DNA of 32,000 bases from Candidatus Syntropharchaeum caldarium (lineage in GTDB: Archaea; Halobacteriota; Syntropharchaeia; Syntropharchaeales; Syntropharchaeaceae): positions 175,254-207,253 of the forward strand of contig LYOS01000003.1 in the NCBI GenBank assembly GCA_001766815.1, given 5' to 3'. Under the pieces are notes generated by a model, which was not told the DNA's origin, did not search any database, and saw only the letters and a program-made list of their open reading frames with translations. Every line of letters begins with the position of its first letter. Positions within the stretch are counted from its first letter, which is position 1. A program made the translations under genes and the position numbers. Below are positions 23,946-32,000 of the stretch, one piece after another.

Positions 23946-24662
23946 TCAAGGAATCGTTGGTTTTGTTATTATAGAAAAGCTATCGTCTCTGTAGATGAGC
24001 GGGAAGTACTGCCTCCCGATGTTGGTGGCTCGCATCTTAACCACACCAACTTTAAGTGCAAGTGCATTCTTATCACTATTATATTCAAGATCAAGGTGTA
24101 TGATACCATCTGCAAGAAAGTCCTCCACACCACACCTGGTGAAGTATGAATCCGACTTCATCTCTGATATAAGAAAGGTTGTAAACCCCATCTCACGAAG
24201 CGTTTTGAAGAAGAGAAATATCTCACGTCTCGGCATCTCGACTTTTGTGAGTGAGTAAAGCCCATCAAGTGAGTCGATGGCAAGAAGCGTGTTCTTCCTA
24301 CCATGTTGTATATTCTCAAGGTAGTTTGTGATCCGTTTGATCCAGTTCTGCTCAAGCCGATGATCAAGGCGCGACCGCTCAAGCTCGTCGTCAATATCGT
24401 TATATGAGACTATTGTCAGACTTTTGTGCTCTGGCATATTGAGTGCATTCATTTGCTCTAACATGCTTGCAGGTGTCTGTTCAAGCGTGACGTACAAACC
24501 CTCTCGGTTCTCATTGATCACGTTTTTGTAGAGGATACTGTATGCAAGTGAGCTTTTCATTGCTCCGGGTTTTCCACAGATTAGCATGACCGATCCTGCT
24601 GGAATACCCCCCTCAAGCAGGTCATCCATTCCACCAATGTATGTCCTGATCCGTTCCATCAT
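23946..24662 (-). CDS. KaiC/RadA-like single-domain RecA-superfamily ATPase with an atypical Walker A
   Basis: IGGMDDLLEGGIPAGSVMLICGKPGAMKSSLA is the KaiC-like N-terminus, and the Walker B is TLLAIDSLD. The P-loop reads GKPGAMKS instead of GxPGxGK[ST]. The second ATG (24659) has the better SD spacing. Confidence 0.7.
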   Translation of the reverse strand: MMERIRTYIGGMDDLLEGGIPAGSVMLICGKPGAMKSSLAYSILYKNVINENREGLYVTLEQTPASMLEQMNALNMPEHKSLTIVSYNDIDDELERSRLDHRLEQNWIKRITNYLENIQHGRKNTLLAIDSLDGLYSLTKVEMPRREIFLFFKTLREMGFTTFLISEMKSDSYFTRCGVEDFLADGIIHLDLEYNSDKNALALKVGVVKMRATNIGRQYFPLIYRDDSFSIITKPTIP

Positions 24663-24707
24663 CGTACCTCTTTTTTAGCCCTACTCGAAAAGTATTATTA
24701 GTTTCTG

Positions 24708-24717
24708 CTATATATTA
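24708..24717 (-). promoter_or_regulatory. TATA-like box (TAATATATAG on the minus strand), candidate promoter of the kaiC-like / GGR / acyP unit
   Basis: It lies ~50 nt upstream of the ATG pair at 24659/24662, with a GAGGT SD in between. A second A/T box sits at 24724-24736. Confidence 0.3.
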
Positions 24718-24752
24718 GTTTCGTTATTATATAATTCAAATTTTAGTACATG

Positions 24753-25541
24753 TTAAACCAGACCTTTCACGCTCGCCAGCACATCTTCCTCGCTTGCATC
24801 AATACCCAGCTTACTGAAATATCTGCAGATATTGTGGATGTCACGGCTTAGAAATTCTTCTGCGTTCGGATGATCGAGCGTTACGCCCTGACCAATATCA
24901 ATGAAAACAGGTCTCGCTTCGTCTCCACTCCCACCTTCAACCAGGATATTGAACTCGGAGAGATCTGCATGGACGAGTGATGCGTTCTGATATAACTTTG
25001 TGGTATAGTCGATCACAACCTCAAAGAATGATGCAGCATCTTCCAGATCCCTTCCAACATCCTTCAATCTTGGTGCATGCTGTTCATGTTCGCCTATAAA
25101 CTCCATTATGAGGATATTTCGTTCTGATAATATCGGCTCAGGGACTCGTACGCCTGCATCACGCGCTCGTACGAGGTTCTTGAACTCTTTTTTCGTCCAT
25201 TCAAAGACGATCGATTTCTTGGATTGTTTGATGTTCGCAAATCTTGGATCTCCAATGAGATAATCGCTCATCGCTTTGAAGTTGGAGGTTGTGATCCGAT
25301 AGATCTTTATGGCAAGCTCTCTTTTGTCCTCACCAAGTGCATAAAAGACGTTTGCCTCTTTTCCTGTGCTGATCGAGCCGCCCATCGCTGTGATCACACC
25401 TCGATTTGCAAGTTTGTAGAGTGTCTCAAGGGTTGGCTTATCAAAGACATCCTCCTCCACCTTGAGTTCTTCTACCCCATGCTCTTTCATGTGAAGCCTT
25501 GAAATCTCTTCCTCAATCTTTCTCAAAAGTTTGTCTGTCAT
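24753..25541 (-). CDS. rio1: RIO-type serine/threonine protein kinase (Rio1)
   Basis: [13 protein letters not shown] (RIO nucleotide loop), [13 protein letters not shown] (catalytic loop) and FIDIGQGV (metal-binding loop) are present. The start overlaps the eif1a stop (ATGA), a conserved archaeal gene pair. Confidence 0.9.
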   Translation of the reverse strand: MTDKLLRKIEEEISRLHMKEHGVEELKVEEDVFDKPTLETLYKLANRGVITAMGGSISTGKEANVFYALGEDKRELAIKIYRITTSNFKAMSDYLIGDPRFANIKQSKKSIVFEWTKKEFKNLVRARDAGVRVPEPILSERNILIMEFIGEHEQHAPRLKDVGRDLEDAASFFEVVIDYTTKLYQNASLVHADLSEFNILVEGGSGDEARPVFIDIGQGVTLDHPNAEEFLSRDIHNICRYFSKLGIDASEEDVLASVKGLV

Positions 25542-25825
25542 CCTTCTTCAACACCCTCAAGGAATCCTTTTTTTCTCAGCCATTCTACCTGTGGACGCGT
25601 GTATCTCCAGATAACTTCTGCCTTCTCGTCCTGGAAATCCCATGGTATCACAATAACCACATCTCCCTCGCGAACCCACACACGCTTCTTCATCTTGCCA
25701 ACAATTCTTCCCATCCGTGTCTTACCATCAAGACACCGCACCCTGATTCTGCTTGAACCGAGCATACTCTCAACGATCCCAAGAATCTCGTTCTTATCTT
25801 TTCTTGGTGTCCTGACCCGAACCAC
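25538..25825 (-). CDS. eif1a: Translation initiation factor aIF-1A
   Basis: [58 protein letters not shown]...IWRYT is near-identical in pattern to archaeal aIF-1A. It has a GTG start, with no other start codon in the upstream open frame. Confidence 0.92.
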   Translation of the reverse strand: MVRVRTPRKDKNEILGIVESMLGSSRIRVRCLDGKTRMGRIVGKMKKRVWVREGDVVIVIPWDFQDEKAEVIWRYTRPQVEWLRKKGFLEGVEEG

Positions 25826-25884
25826 TTCTTCATATTCTTTTTCCAGTTTATCACCTCATAGGTATTTGAAAAAATTCAGAAATA

Positions 25885-26505
25885 TTAAACTCTTTTCACG
25901 CTCCACCTGAGAAGCACCCCATTTCCAAGCTGTTTGAAGTCTATCAGTTCAAGTGGTATGAGCGACTCATTTATCGAGAATCCATCACCATCAACGAGCG
26001 TTGGGGCATCAACTCCACCTACCACCAGACCACCGATGTATGTGTATAATTCATCAACCAGCCCCCCAGCAAATAGCGACCAGTTGAGCGTCCCACCTCC
26101 TTCAACCATGATGCGGTCGATACCCTGACGCTTAAGCTCAAGAAGCCCTGCTCTGAGATCGACCTGGTCTTCCCCTGCAATCACAATCTGGGCATACTCA
26201 GAGAGCGCACTGATACGTTCAAGAGGTGCAGCTTCAGATACAAGAATTATCCGCTCCCCATCGCCTTTATGGAGAATTTCAGCATCGAGTGGGGTTCTGG
26301 CACGACTATCCACAACCACCCGTGTCGGATTTGGGCATTCACCAGATTTTACGGTTAGAGAGGGATCATCTGCGAGGATCGTCCCAATTCCCACCATGAT
26401 CGCATCAATGCCGCATTTTAATTTGTCAACACGCTTTAAGTCATCATCATTGCTGATTTTGACCTGCACTCGATCTTTTGTAGAGATCTTGCCGTCTGCA
26501 CTCAT
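25885..26505 (-). CDS. arfC: 2,5-diamino-6-ribosylamino-4(3H)-pyrimidinone 5'-phosphate reductase (archaeal riboflavin/F420 precursor pathway, RibD C-terminal-domain type). The true start is probably upstream at 26550 (see findings).
   Basis: AMSADGKIS, MVGIGTILADDPSLT and IMVEGGGTLNWSLF are present. The coordinates use the first ATG. The conserved strand PFVFINAA is encoded in frame upstream of that ATG. Confidence 0.8.
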   Translation of the reverse strand: MSADGKISTKDRVQVKISNDDDLKRVDKLKCGIDAIMVGIGTILADDPSLTVKSGECPNPTRVVVDSRARTPLDAEILHKGDGERIILVSEAAPLERISALSEYAQIVIAGEDQVDLRAGLLELKRQGIDRIMVEGGGTLNWSLFAGGLVDELYTYIGGLVVGGVDAPTLVDGDGFSINESLIPLELIDFKQLGNGVLLRWSVKRV

Positions 26506-26542
26506 TGCGGCATTGATAAATACGAAAGGTAGTGGATATTCA

Positions 26543-27730
26543 TCAGAAATCTGTCATCACCCTGCGCTGATCTATTTCTTCTTTGTTCAGAGCCTTCAGG
26601 AACCTGCGGCATGCTCCTTCGACATCTTTGCTCTTTGTGATAGCACGTCCGACGATGAGAATGTCTGCACCACTATCAAGGGCAAGTTGCACTGTATCCT
26701 CTGTTATTCCTCCTGCGACCCCAACCAGGATCTGTCCAAGCTCTTTTATCGCCCCGATGGCTCCCCATGCTTCGTGTGAACCTTCGCCATAAAGTTCCAC
26801 ATCAATCGCGCGATGTAACTCGACAACCTCTGGCAGCGTCTTCAACTGCCTCAGAACCTCAACAGGATCATCCACATTGAGCATATCGATCACAGCATAG
26901 ATCCCCGTCTTCTTTGCCTCTTCAATAGCCTTATCTATCGTTTCAATCGGTGCAAGCCCTGATATTACAACCGCATCAGCAGTGAGGTCTGATGCCATCC
27001 TTGCCTCGAGGTTTCCGGTATCAAGCGTCTTCAGATCTGCAACAATGAACGCATCAGGTTTTATTTCGCGAATTTTGCCGAGAACATCAAGTCCGTACCG
27101 CTTTATCAGTGGTGTTCCCGCCTCGATTATCAGATGATCATTTTTCGGTACCTGCGAAAGAACGTGGGTTATCAGATCCAGGTCGGGTATGTCGAGTGCA
27201 ATCTGGAGGTATGGTGGATCCCAGAGCTTTGTAACCTTGAATCCCATCACAGGATGTATTGAACGATCCTTTTCATAGAGGACCGTATCTGCATCAGGAA
27301 ATCCAATCAGAGCGCGTTTCAATGCGAGTTTTGTCGCACCGTAGTTGTACCTATAGATTTTATTGTAATCCTTCGCCTCTGGATGGATAAATACACTGGC
27401 AATAATCACTTGATCTTCCGCTTCCTCTTTCTGTATGATTCCTTCCTCCATTGCATCTGCAATTGCCTTTGCAACACCTGTTTGAGCAGGGCCAAAGATC
27501 TTTGATGCCTGATCAAGGTTCTCAACCGTTACTTTTGGAACGATCAGTGTGGACGGTTTCACAGGGAGGTTTGGTCTGATCACAGCTAAGAGTGGTGTAT
27601 GTCCAGCAGAAAGCTGAGTCATGCCGTTGGTAAACGCCATGCCAACCGGGCCACTCTTACTTCCCACTATAAGATCGATGTGTGCGAGTTCGCCACCCTC
27701 ACCCATCAATGCCTCGCCTACTTTAAACAA
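26543..27730 (-). CDS. fae-hps: Bifunctional formaldehyde-activating enzyme / 3-hexulose-6-phosphate synthase
   Basis: The N-terminal Fae part has [22 protein letters not shown]. The C-terminal Hps (OMPDC-like barrel) has [33 protein letters not shown] and GVAGGI. It uses a TTG start (the only start before the conserved N-terminus) with a GGGGTG SD 8 nt upstream. Confidence 0.9.
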   Translation of the reverse strand: MFKVGEALMGEGGELAHIDLIVGSKSGPVGMAFTNGMTQLSAGHTPLLAVIRPNLPVKPSTLIVPKVTVENLDQASKIFGPAQTGVAKAIADAMEEGIIQKEEAEDQVIIASVFIHPEAKDYNKIYRYNYGATKLALKRALIGFPDADTVLYEKDRSIHPVMGFKVTKLWDPPYLQIALDIPDLDLITHVLSQVPKNDHLIIEAGTPLIKRYGLDVLGKIREIKPDAFIVADLKTLDTGNLEARMASDLTADAVVISGLAPIETIDKAIEEAKKTGIYAVIDMLNVDDPVEVLRQLKTLPEVVELHRAIDVELYGEGSHEAWGAIGAIKELGQILVGVAGGITEDTVQLALDSGADILIVGRAITKSKDVEGACRRFLKALNKEEIDQRRVMTDF

Positions 27731-27772
27731 GATTCATGCACCCCATTTTCTTGATCATACCTTTCCATAGGG

Positions 27773-27786
27773 TTATTTATATTTAT
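27773..27786. promoter_or_regulatory. TATA-like box TTATTTATATTTAT in the divergent gap between fae-hps and the nucleotidyltransferase gene
   Basis: It lies 45-55 nt upstream of the fae-hps TTG start, which places a predicted TSS just before its SD. Whether it also serves the plus-strand gene is unclear because the spacing would leave almost no leader. Confidence 0.35.
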
Positions 27787-27814
27787 GCGTTCATCTCGTT
27801 TTTCGGGTGAGACT

Positions 27815-29143
27815 ATGAAACGGAATGTACCACCTGTCGGAATCTTCATAGGTGGGTGGGGAATGCGCCTATCAACAATTACAAAAGCTGCACTCACAAA
27901 AATCTTTTTACCTATGCCGATTCCGATTGGGGAGAGGTCCAAAATTGCAGGAGAGCTACAGCAAGCTGTTTCTGAGACTCTGATTGAGATTGTAGAGAAT
28001 GAAGAGGATTTAAAAGTATTGCAAAGTCTTGAAAGCCTTGGAATACTTGAAACAATTCCTCATACATGTCAAAGTATAATGAATGTAATCAAAAAGGAAA
28101 AGTACGAGAATCTGGAGCGTGAAGTTGAGCTATTGATGAAGCAAAAGATAGAAAAGTTCCAACGGAAATATTCAGGGAAGCTCGTTTCATCACTTGAAAA
28201 AAAGGTACTTGAGAGATCCTTTATTTCCGATTCATATCCAGCTCTGTGCGAAGTGCTTTCTGAGGAGGATGATGAGGCGCTGTTGGCGACTTTCTGGGAA
28301 GCGTGGCGTGAAACCTCACTTCTTGCAGAACCTTTGAATATGTTGAGGGTGTTTGGGGTCGATGAAGTTCATGCCATTATTGCAGAAGAGCTGTACGACT
28401 GGTTCAATGCGATATACGGCGGACATGCAAATAAACCACATATCATCGAGGTATTTGAGAAAAAGAGGCGAGATACTGGGGGAGCACTCGCAAACGCATT
28501 TAAAGCTTTTGAGAAGCTTGACCTGGACGATGATGACGTGGTTGTTCTTATGAGCGGGGATATCTGGTTCAACTTCTTCCTGAAACCTGCTATCGATCTG
28601 CACATGAAAAGACAGCGTGAGGTTGATAAGCCGATTTGCACGGTTATTCTCTACCCAGTACTTGAGAAAGAGTCGTACAGATTTGGTGTGATCGATTCGA
28701 GATCCAGCGAGGTTGATGAAGGGCTGTATCAGATCCGGAGATTCATTGAGAAACCCGAACCCAACACGCCCCAGTGGGAGGAAAAACTCGTTATCAATGG
28801 GCGTGCGCTCATCAATGCAGGAATTACGATCTACTCTTACGGGATTCATGATGAGATCATGGAGATCGATAGATCATTTGGTGAACAGAAGTGGCGTGAG
28901 GCTGATGTTATCCTGACAAAACTTGCAGAGGAGGGCAGGCTCTATGGTTACAACACAGGTGTTCAGCAGGCAGTGATCTCGGAGTTTGAAGGTGCATCGC
29001 TCTACTGGGCAGATATTGGAACGGTCGATGCCTACATCAGGGAGATTACAAACTGGGGTGTTAATCTCATACCCCTGTACACGATAATCGAGGGTGATGA
29101 AAAGATGCGGAGGTATGCGAAGGAGAAGGGGCTGGTGTGGTGA
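27815..29143 (+). CDS. Sugar-phosphate nucleotidyltransferase (NTP_transferase family) with a large helical insertion after the nucleotide-binding loop
   Basis: GIFIGGWGMRLSTITKAALTKIFLPMP is the GGxGxRL loop. DTGGALANAF, VLMSGDIWF, RFGVIDS, FIEKPEP, INAGITIYSY and YWADIGT are the later family motifs. ATG 27815 has a GGGTGA SD 4 nt upstream, whereas the track start at 27785 lies inside the TATA box. Confidence 0.7.
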   Translation: MKRNVPPVGIFIGGWGMRLSTITKAALTKIFLPMPIPIGERSKIAGELQQAVSETLIEIVENEEDLKVLQSLESLGILETIPHTCQSIMNVIKKEKYENLEREVELLMKQKIEKFQRKYSGKLVSSLEKKVLERSFISDSYPALCEVLSEEDDEALLATFWEAWRETSLLAEPLNMLRVFGVDEVHAIIAEELYDWFNAIYGGHANKPHIIEVFEKKRRDTGGALANAFKAFEKLDLDDDDVVVLMSGDIWFNFFLKPAIDLHMKRQREVDKPICTVILYPVLEKESYRFGVIDSRSSEVDEGLYQIRRFIEKPEPNTPQWEEKLVINGRALINAGITIYSYGIHDEIMEIDRSFGEQKWREADVILTKLAEEGRLYGYNTGVQQAVISEFEGASLYWADIGTVDAYIREITNWGVNLIPLYTIIEGDEKMRRYAKEKGLVW

Positions 29144-29213
29144 TCTCGCAATCCGATAGAAACACAGCCAAATTATTTAAACGCAAAATACACAAGAGTG
29201 GTGAGGCGATCTT

Positions 29214-29633
29214 ATGAATATCAAACGAATTCTGATTGCAGGTATTATTATATGGATAGTGGGCACGGCCTTTGGCGTTTTGACCTGTGGGTGGCTCTTC
29301 AACTGGGTTTATCAGCTACCGCCAAATATATGGAAGGATCCTACTGAAATAATGGCTGCAGGAAATGTGATCGGAGCAAATGTCATTGAGCTCCTTGGTG
29401 CGATGATATTTGTAGCGGTGTATGCATTCATATCAGGTGGAATTCCAGGTGAGGGTGTTAAGAAGGGGATGACGTACGGACTCATCGTCTGGTTGGTAGG
29501 AGTGCTCTCTGGAATTGCGTCAATGCCGTTTTATATGACGATAGCTACAACCGTGGTTGTCTACTGGATAGTGCAGGCGCTCGTGGTTAACCTAATCAAC
29601 GGTGCAATCGTAGGGGTTATCTACAGAGATTAG
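29214..29633 (+). CDS. Small integral membrane protein (about 4 TM helices), function unknown
   Basis: Four hydrophobic stretches are present (ILIAGIIIWIVGTAFGVL, LLGAMIFVAVYAFI, YGLIVWLVGVLSGIA, VVVYWIVQALVVNLI). A GGTGAGG SD lies 8 nt upstream. Confidence 0.55.
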   Translation: MNIKRILIAGIIIWIVGTAFGVLTCGWLFNWVYQLPPNIWKDPTEIMAAGNVIGANVIELLGAMIFVAVYAFISGGIPGEGVKKGMTYGLIVWLVGVLSGIASMPFYMTIATTVVVYWIVQALVVNLINGAIVGVIYRD

Positions 29634-29660
29634 AGAACCCGGGTATCTCTTCGATTCAAG

Positions 29661-30842
29661 ATGCAGATAAATTCAATCAACGGTGGAATAACTGCCGTAG
29701 AAGGCGTGAAGGCGGCTGGTATAAAGAAGGGTAAATACGGGCTTGCTTTAATCTCTGGCGGAGGTACAGCTGCCTGTGTTTACACAAAGAACAGCTTCAA
29801 GAGCGGGTCACTTCTTGTAACAAATGAGCATATTGCGAGAAGTGGAATCTGTAATGCGGTTATCATAAATAGTGGGTGTGCAAATGCATTTACAGGCGAT
29901 GAGGGAATCAGGGATGCTGAAAAGATCTGCAAAATGGTTGCACAGCACCTCAAGATCTCCCCTGAGACTGTTCTCATCGCATCAACCGGTGTTATTGGGG
30001 TAAGACTTGATATGGACCTGATTCTCAGTGAGTTCAATCTCATAAAGGATAAACTTAATTCTTCACCAGATGCAAGCAGGATGGTTGCAGAGGCAATAAT
30101 GACAACAGACACGCATCCAAAAGAGGTTGCAGTCGAAATAAGGGGGTCAAACGGTTTTGTGATCGGGGGTGTTGCAAAAGGATCAGGGATGATCGCACCC
30201 GATATGGCGACAATGCTCGCTTTTATCTATACAGATGCGGCTTTAGACCACAAAACGCTTCAGGATGCACTGAGGGAGGCCGTCAATCATTCGTTTAATA
30301 TGACGGTTGTTGATGGGGATATGAGCACAAACGATATGGTGCTTCTTGTATCAACTGGCAGAAGAAGCAATGTGGCTATCACGGAATTTCAGGCTGCCCT
30401 GAGTCACGTATGCGAGAGCCTTGCAAAGATGATCGCGGCAGATGGCGAGGGTGCAACAAAGTTGATCGAGGTTATGGTAAGGGGTGCAGTGACCAAAGAG
30501 GATGCCACAATGGCTGTTAAAACTATCCTGAGATCCCCACTTGTTAAGACCGCTATATTTGGTGGAGATCCAAACTGGGGCAGGATAGCATCTGCGATAG
30601 GCTACTCAGGGGCGTGTGTGCAGGAAGATAAGCTCTCAATTGAGCTTGCAGGTGGTGGGTTGACAGCATCTGTGCTATATCAGGGAAAAGCACGCAATGA
30701 GATGGACGTAGCGTCAAGGATCTTTGATGAGAACGAGATCCAGATCCTGGTCGATATTGGACTCGGTGATGAGGAAGCAAAAGGATGGGGCTGTGACCTC
30801 TCCTATGAGTATGTACGGATAAATGCTGAATATACAACCTGA
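29661..30842 (+). CDS. argJ: Bifunctional ornithine acetyltransferase / N-acetylglutamate synthase
   Basis: KGSGMIAPDMATMLAFIYTDA contains the ArgJ autoprocessing site (A-TML). DGDMSTNDM and GDPNWGRI are also present. Confidence 0.92.
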   Translation: MQINSINGGITAVEGVKAAGIKKGKYGLALISGGGTAACVYTKNSFKSGSLLVTNEHIARSGICNAVIINSGCANAFTGDEGIRDAEKICKMVAQHLKISPETVLIASTGVIGVRLDMDLILSEFNLIKDKLNSSPDASRMVAEAIMTTDTHPKEVAVEIRGSNGFVIGGVAKGSGMIAPDMATMLAFIYTDAALDHKTLQDALREAVNHSFNMTVVDGDMSTNDMVLLVSTGRRSNVAITEFQAALSHVCESLAKMIAADGEGATKLIEVMVRGAVTKEDATMAVKTILRSPLVKTAIFGGDPNWGRIASAIGYSGACVQEDKLSIELAGGGLTASVLYQGKARNEMDVASRIFDENEIQILVDIGLGDEEAKGWGCDLSYEYVRINAEYTT

Positions 30843-30850
30843 CGTACGGT

Positions 30851-32000
30851 TCATGTTGCAACTGCGCTTCCAGCTCTGCTCCTGTTTCGCGTCGCAAGCT
30901 TACTCCATGCATCGAGGTTGATCCACTTCATCACTTTTGCAGGATCGGACTGGAAATCATGGATAAGCTTTGTAACTGTGTCAAAGTCTCTGATTCCTTT
31001 ATTAAACATAAATTCGAGCACAATACGTCGCTTATTAAGTTCTTCTTCAAGTTCTGTCCTATCCCAACCTCTTAATTGCATGATGGATGCTGCGACCTCT
31101 GAGTTTCCTGAACGATAGAACTCATCAAGTGCTGGATCCCACCTGAAGACCTCTATCGTCTTGATGTTTCGTGTTGATGTATCGATACCCGTAATCTCTG
31201 TGAGTTTCAGGTTTCTTCTGACGCGCTCCCCATTGACGTGTGTCTGAGCCTGGACTGATATGATATCAAGCGCCTCGAGCATCCCTCTTGGTACGTTGAT
31301 CGGCGGACTTTCAAGCCGTCTTATCGCAGTTTCCACAGAATCGGCATGCATTGTGGAGAATGTTGTATGTCCTGTTGACATTGCCTGAAAGAGTGTGAGT
31401 GCTTCTTCCCCCCTCACCTCTCCCACGAGCAGGTACTCAGGTCGTTGCCTCAGTGCGGACTTGAGGAGCTTGTACATGTCAACATTCTCTCCTGTGCCTG
31501 ATACAGAGACACGTGTAACATCAGGTATCCAGTTGGGGTGAGGTAGTCGAATCTCTCGCGTATCCTCAAGTGTTACAATCTTTGCCCTTAAGGGTATGAA
31601 TAGTGAAATCGCATTTAATGACGTTGTCTTGCCAGAGGCAGTTCCGCCAATAAAGAGCAGACTCTTGGCGTTTTCAACCGCAAGCCAGAGGTATGCCAGC
31701 GTTTCAGGCGAGAAAGTCTTCCAGGCAATGAGATCGATCGGGGTGGTGGGCATCTCGTTGAACTTTCTGATCGTGAATGTGCTCCCATGTTTCGTGATTT
31801 CATCACTGAATGTGAGCTGGATCCTGCTGCCATCTGGCATCGTGGCATGAATCAGCGGATCTCGCTTTGAAATGTGCTTTCCTCCCTTCTGCGTGAATAC
31901 CTGTACAAACTCATCGAGTTCTCGCTTCTCAAAGACCACATTCGTCTCGATGTCACGGTAGCGTTTGTGATATATGTAAATCGGCTTCTCCCATCCATTA
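30851..32000 (-). CDS. Archaeal type IV filament (archaellum/pilus) assembly ATPase, FlaI/ArlI/VirB11-PilB superfamily; the N-terminus lies outside the window
   Basis: Walker A is FIGGTASGKTTSLNA, the Asp box is IVTLEDTREI, Walker B is RPEYLLVGEVRGEEA and the His box is TGHTTFSTMHA. The frame stays open upstream of the track's GTG (…NGWEKPIYIYHKRYRDIETNVVFEK…) to nt 32000. Confidence 0.85.
   Translation of the reverse strand, partial: NGWEKPIYIYHKRYRDIETNVVFEKRELDEFVQVFTQKGGKHISKRDPLIHATMPDGSRIQLTFSDEITKHGSTFTIRKFNEMPTTPIDLIAWKTFSPETLAYLWLAVENAKSLLFIGGTASGKTTSLNAISLFIPLRAKIVTLEDTREIRLPHPNWIPDVTRVSVSGTGENVDMYKLLKSALRQRPEYLLVGEVRGEEALTLFQAMSTGHTTFSTMHADSVETAIRRLESPPINVPRGMLEALDIISVQAQTHVNGERVRRNLKLTEITGIDTSTRNIKTIEVFRWDPALDEFYRSGNSEVAASIMQLRGWDRTELEEELNKRRIVLEFMFNKGIRDFDTVTKLIHDFQSDPAKVMKWINLDAWSKLATRNRSRAGSAVAT

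Noticed and set aside
26543-26556. Programmed +1 frameshift fusing Fae-Hps to the downstream reductase; the reductase frame is +1 relative to fae-hps and an SD-like GGGTGAT lies just upstream, reminiscent of prfB.
   Set aside because: The codons before the stop (GAT TTC TGA) offer no good tRNA re-pairing in the +1 frame. Termination-reinitiation at the ATT is the simpler explanation.
27785-27814. Upstream ATG (27785) as the start of the nucleotidyltransferase gene.
   Set aside because: That ATG sits inside the TTATTTATATTTAT box and has no SD. ATG 27815 has GGGTGA 4 nt upstream and places the GGxGxRL loop at the usual distance from the N-terminus.
1-32000. Search for tRNA, rRNA or other structured RNA genes, CRISPR repeats, IS elements, integrases, toxin-antitoxin pairs or defence-island genes.
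   Set aside because: No intergenic gap exceeds 179 nt. No T-loop-like GTTCGAATC-type motifs or regularly spaced repeats were seen. No product resembles a transposase, integrase, nuclease or defence protein. The window looks like conserved core genome.

Overview
This window is almost entirely coding; the largest intergenic gap is 179 nt. Gene content points to the core genome of a methane-metabolising euryarchaeon, probably Methanosarcinales- or ANME-like. The supporting genes are ftr, fused fae-hps, two hdr clusters, two mvhD, an mptD-like gene, nrpR, and the aIF-1A/Rio1 pair. I support 33 protein-coding genes (two run off the window edges) and five TATA-like promoter candidates. I found no rRNA, tRNA, CRISPR array, transposase or obvious mobile element. 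Housekeeping genes include pyrG, aroA, argJ, ftr, fae-hps, arfC-type riboflavin reductase, eif1a, rio1, trm112, acylphosphatase, a geranylgeranyl reductase and a type IV filament ATPase. Five items stand out. (1) A roughly 6 kb minus-strand operon, mvhD / FrhB-like FeS protein / hdrC / hdrB / 853-aa tandem double HdrA / mvhD, has no hydrogenase or Fdh catalytic subunit nearby. It is a candidate self-contained electron-bifurcating or confurcating complex, and its HdrA looks like a fused asymmetric pseudo-dimer. (2) A second, divergent hdrC-hdrB-hdrA cluster has an HdrB with one degenerate CCG motif. Its HdrA ends in a cysteine-free MvhD-like domain instead of the usual C-terminal ferredoxin domain. 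(3) A 1332-aa single ORF fuses a GDP-fucose-pyrophosphorylase-like nucleotidyltransferase, a type I phosphomannose isomerase and a phosphomannomutase. That would be a whole fructose-6-P to NDP-hexose route in one chain. (4) A sugar-phosphate nucleotidyltransferase carries a large helical insertion. (5) The riboflavin-pathway reductase gene has a conserved N-terminal strand with no canonical start codon. That strand does have a strong SD in front of an ATT inside the fae-hps stop region. All functional calls rest on motif recognition by eye; no database search was run.
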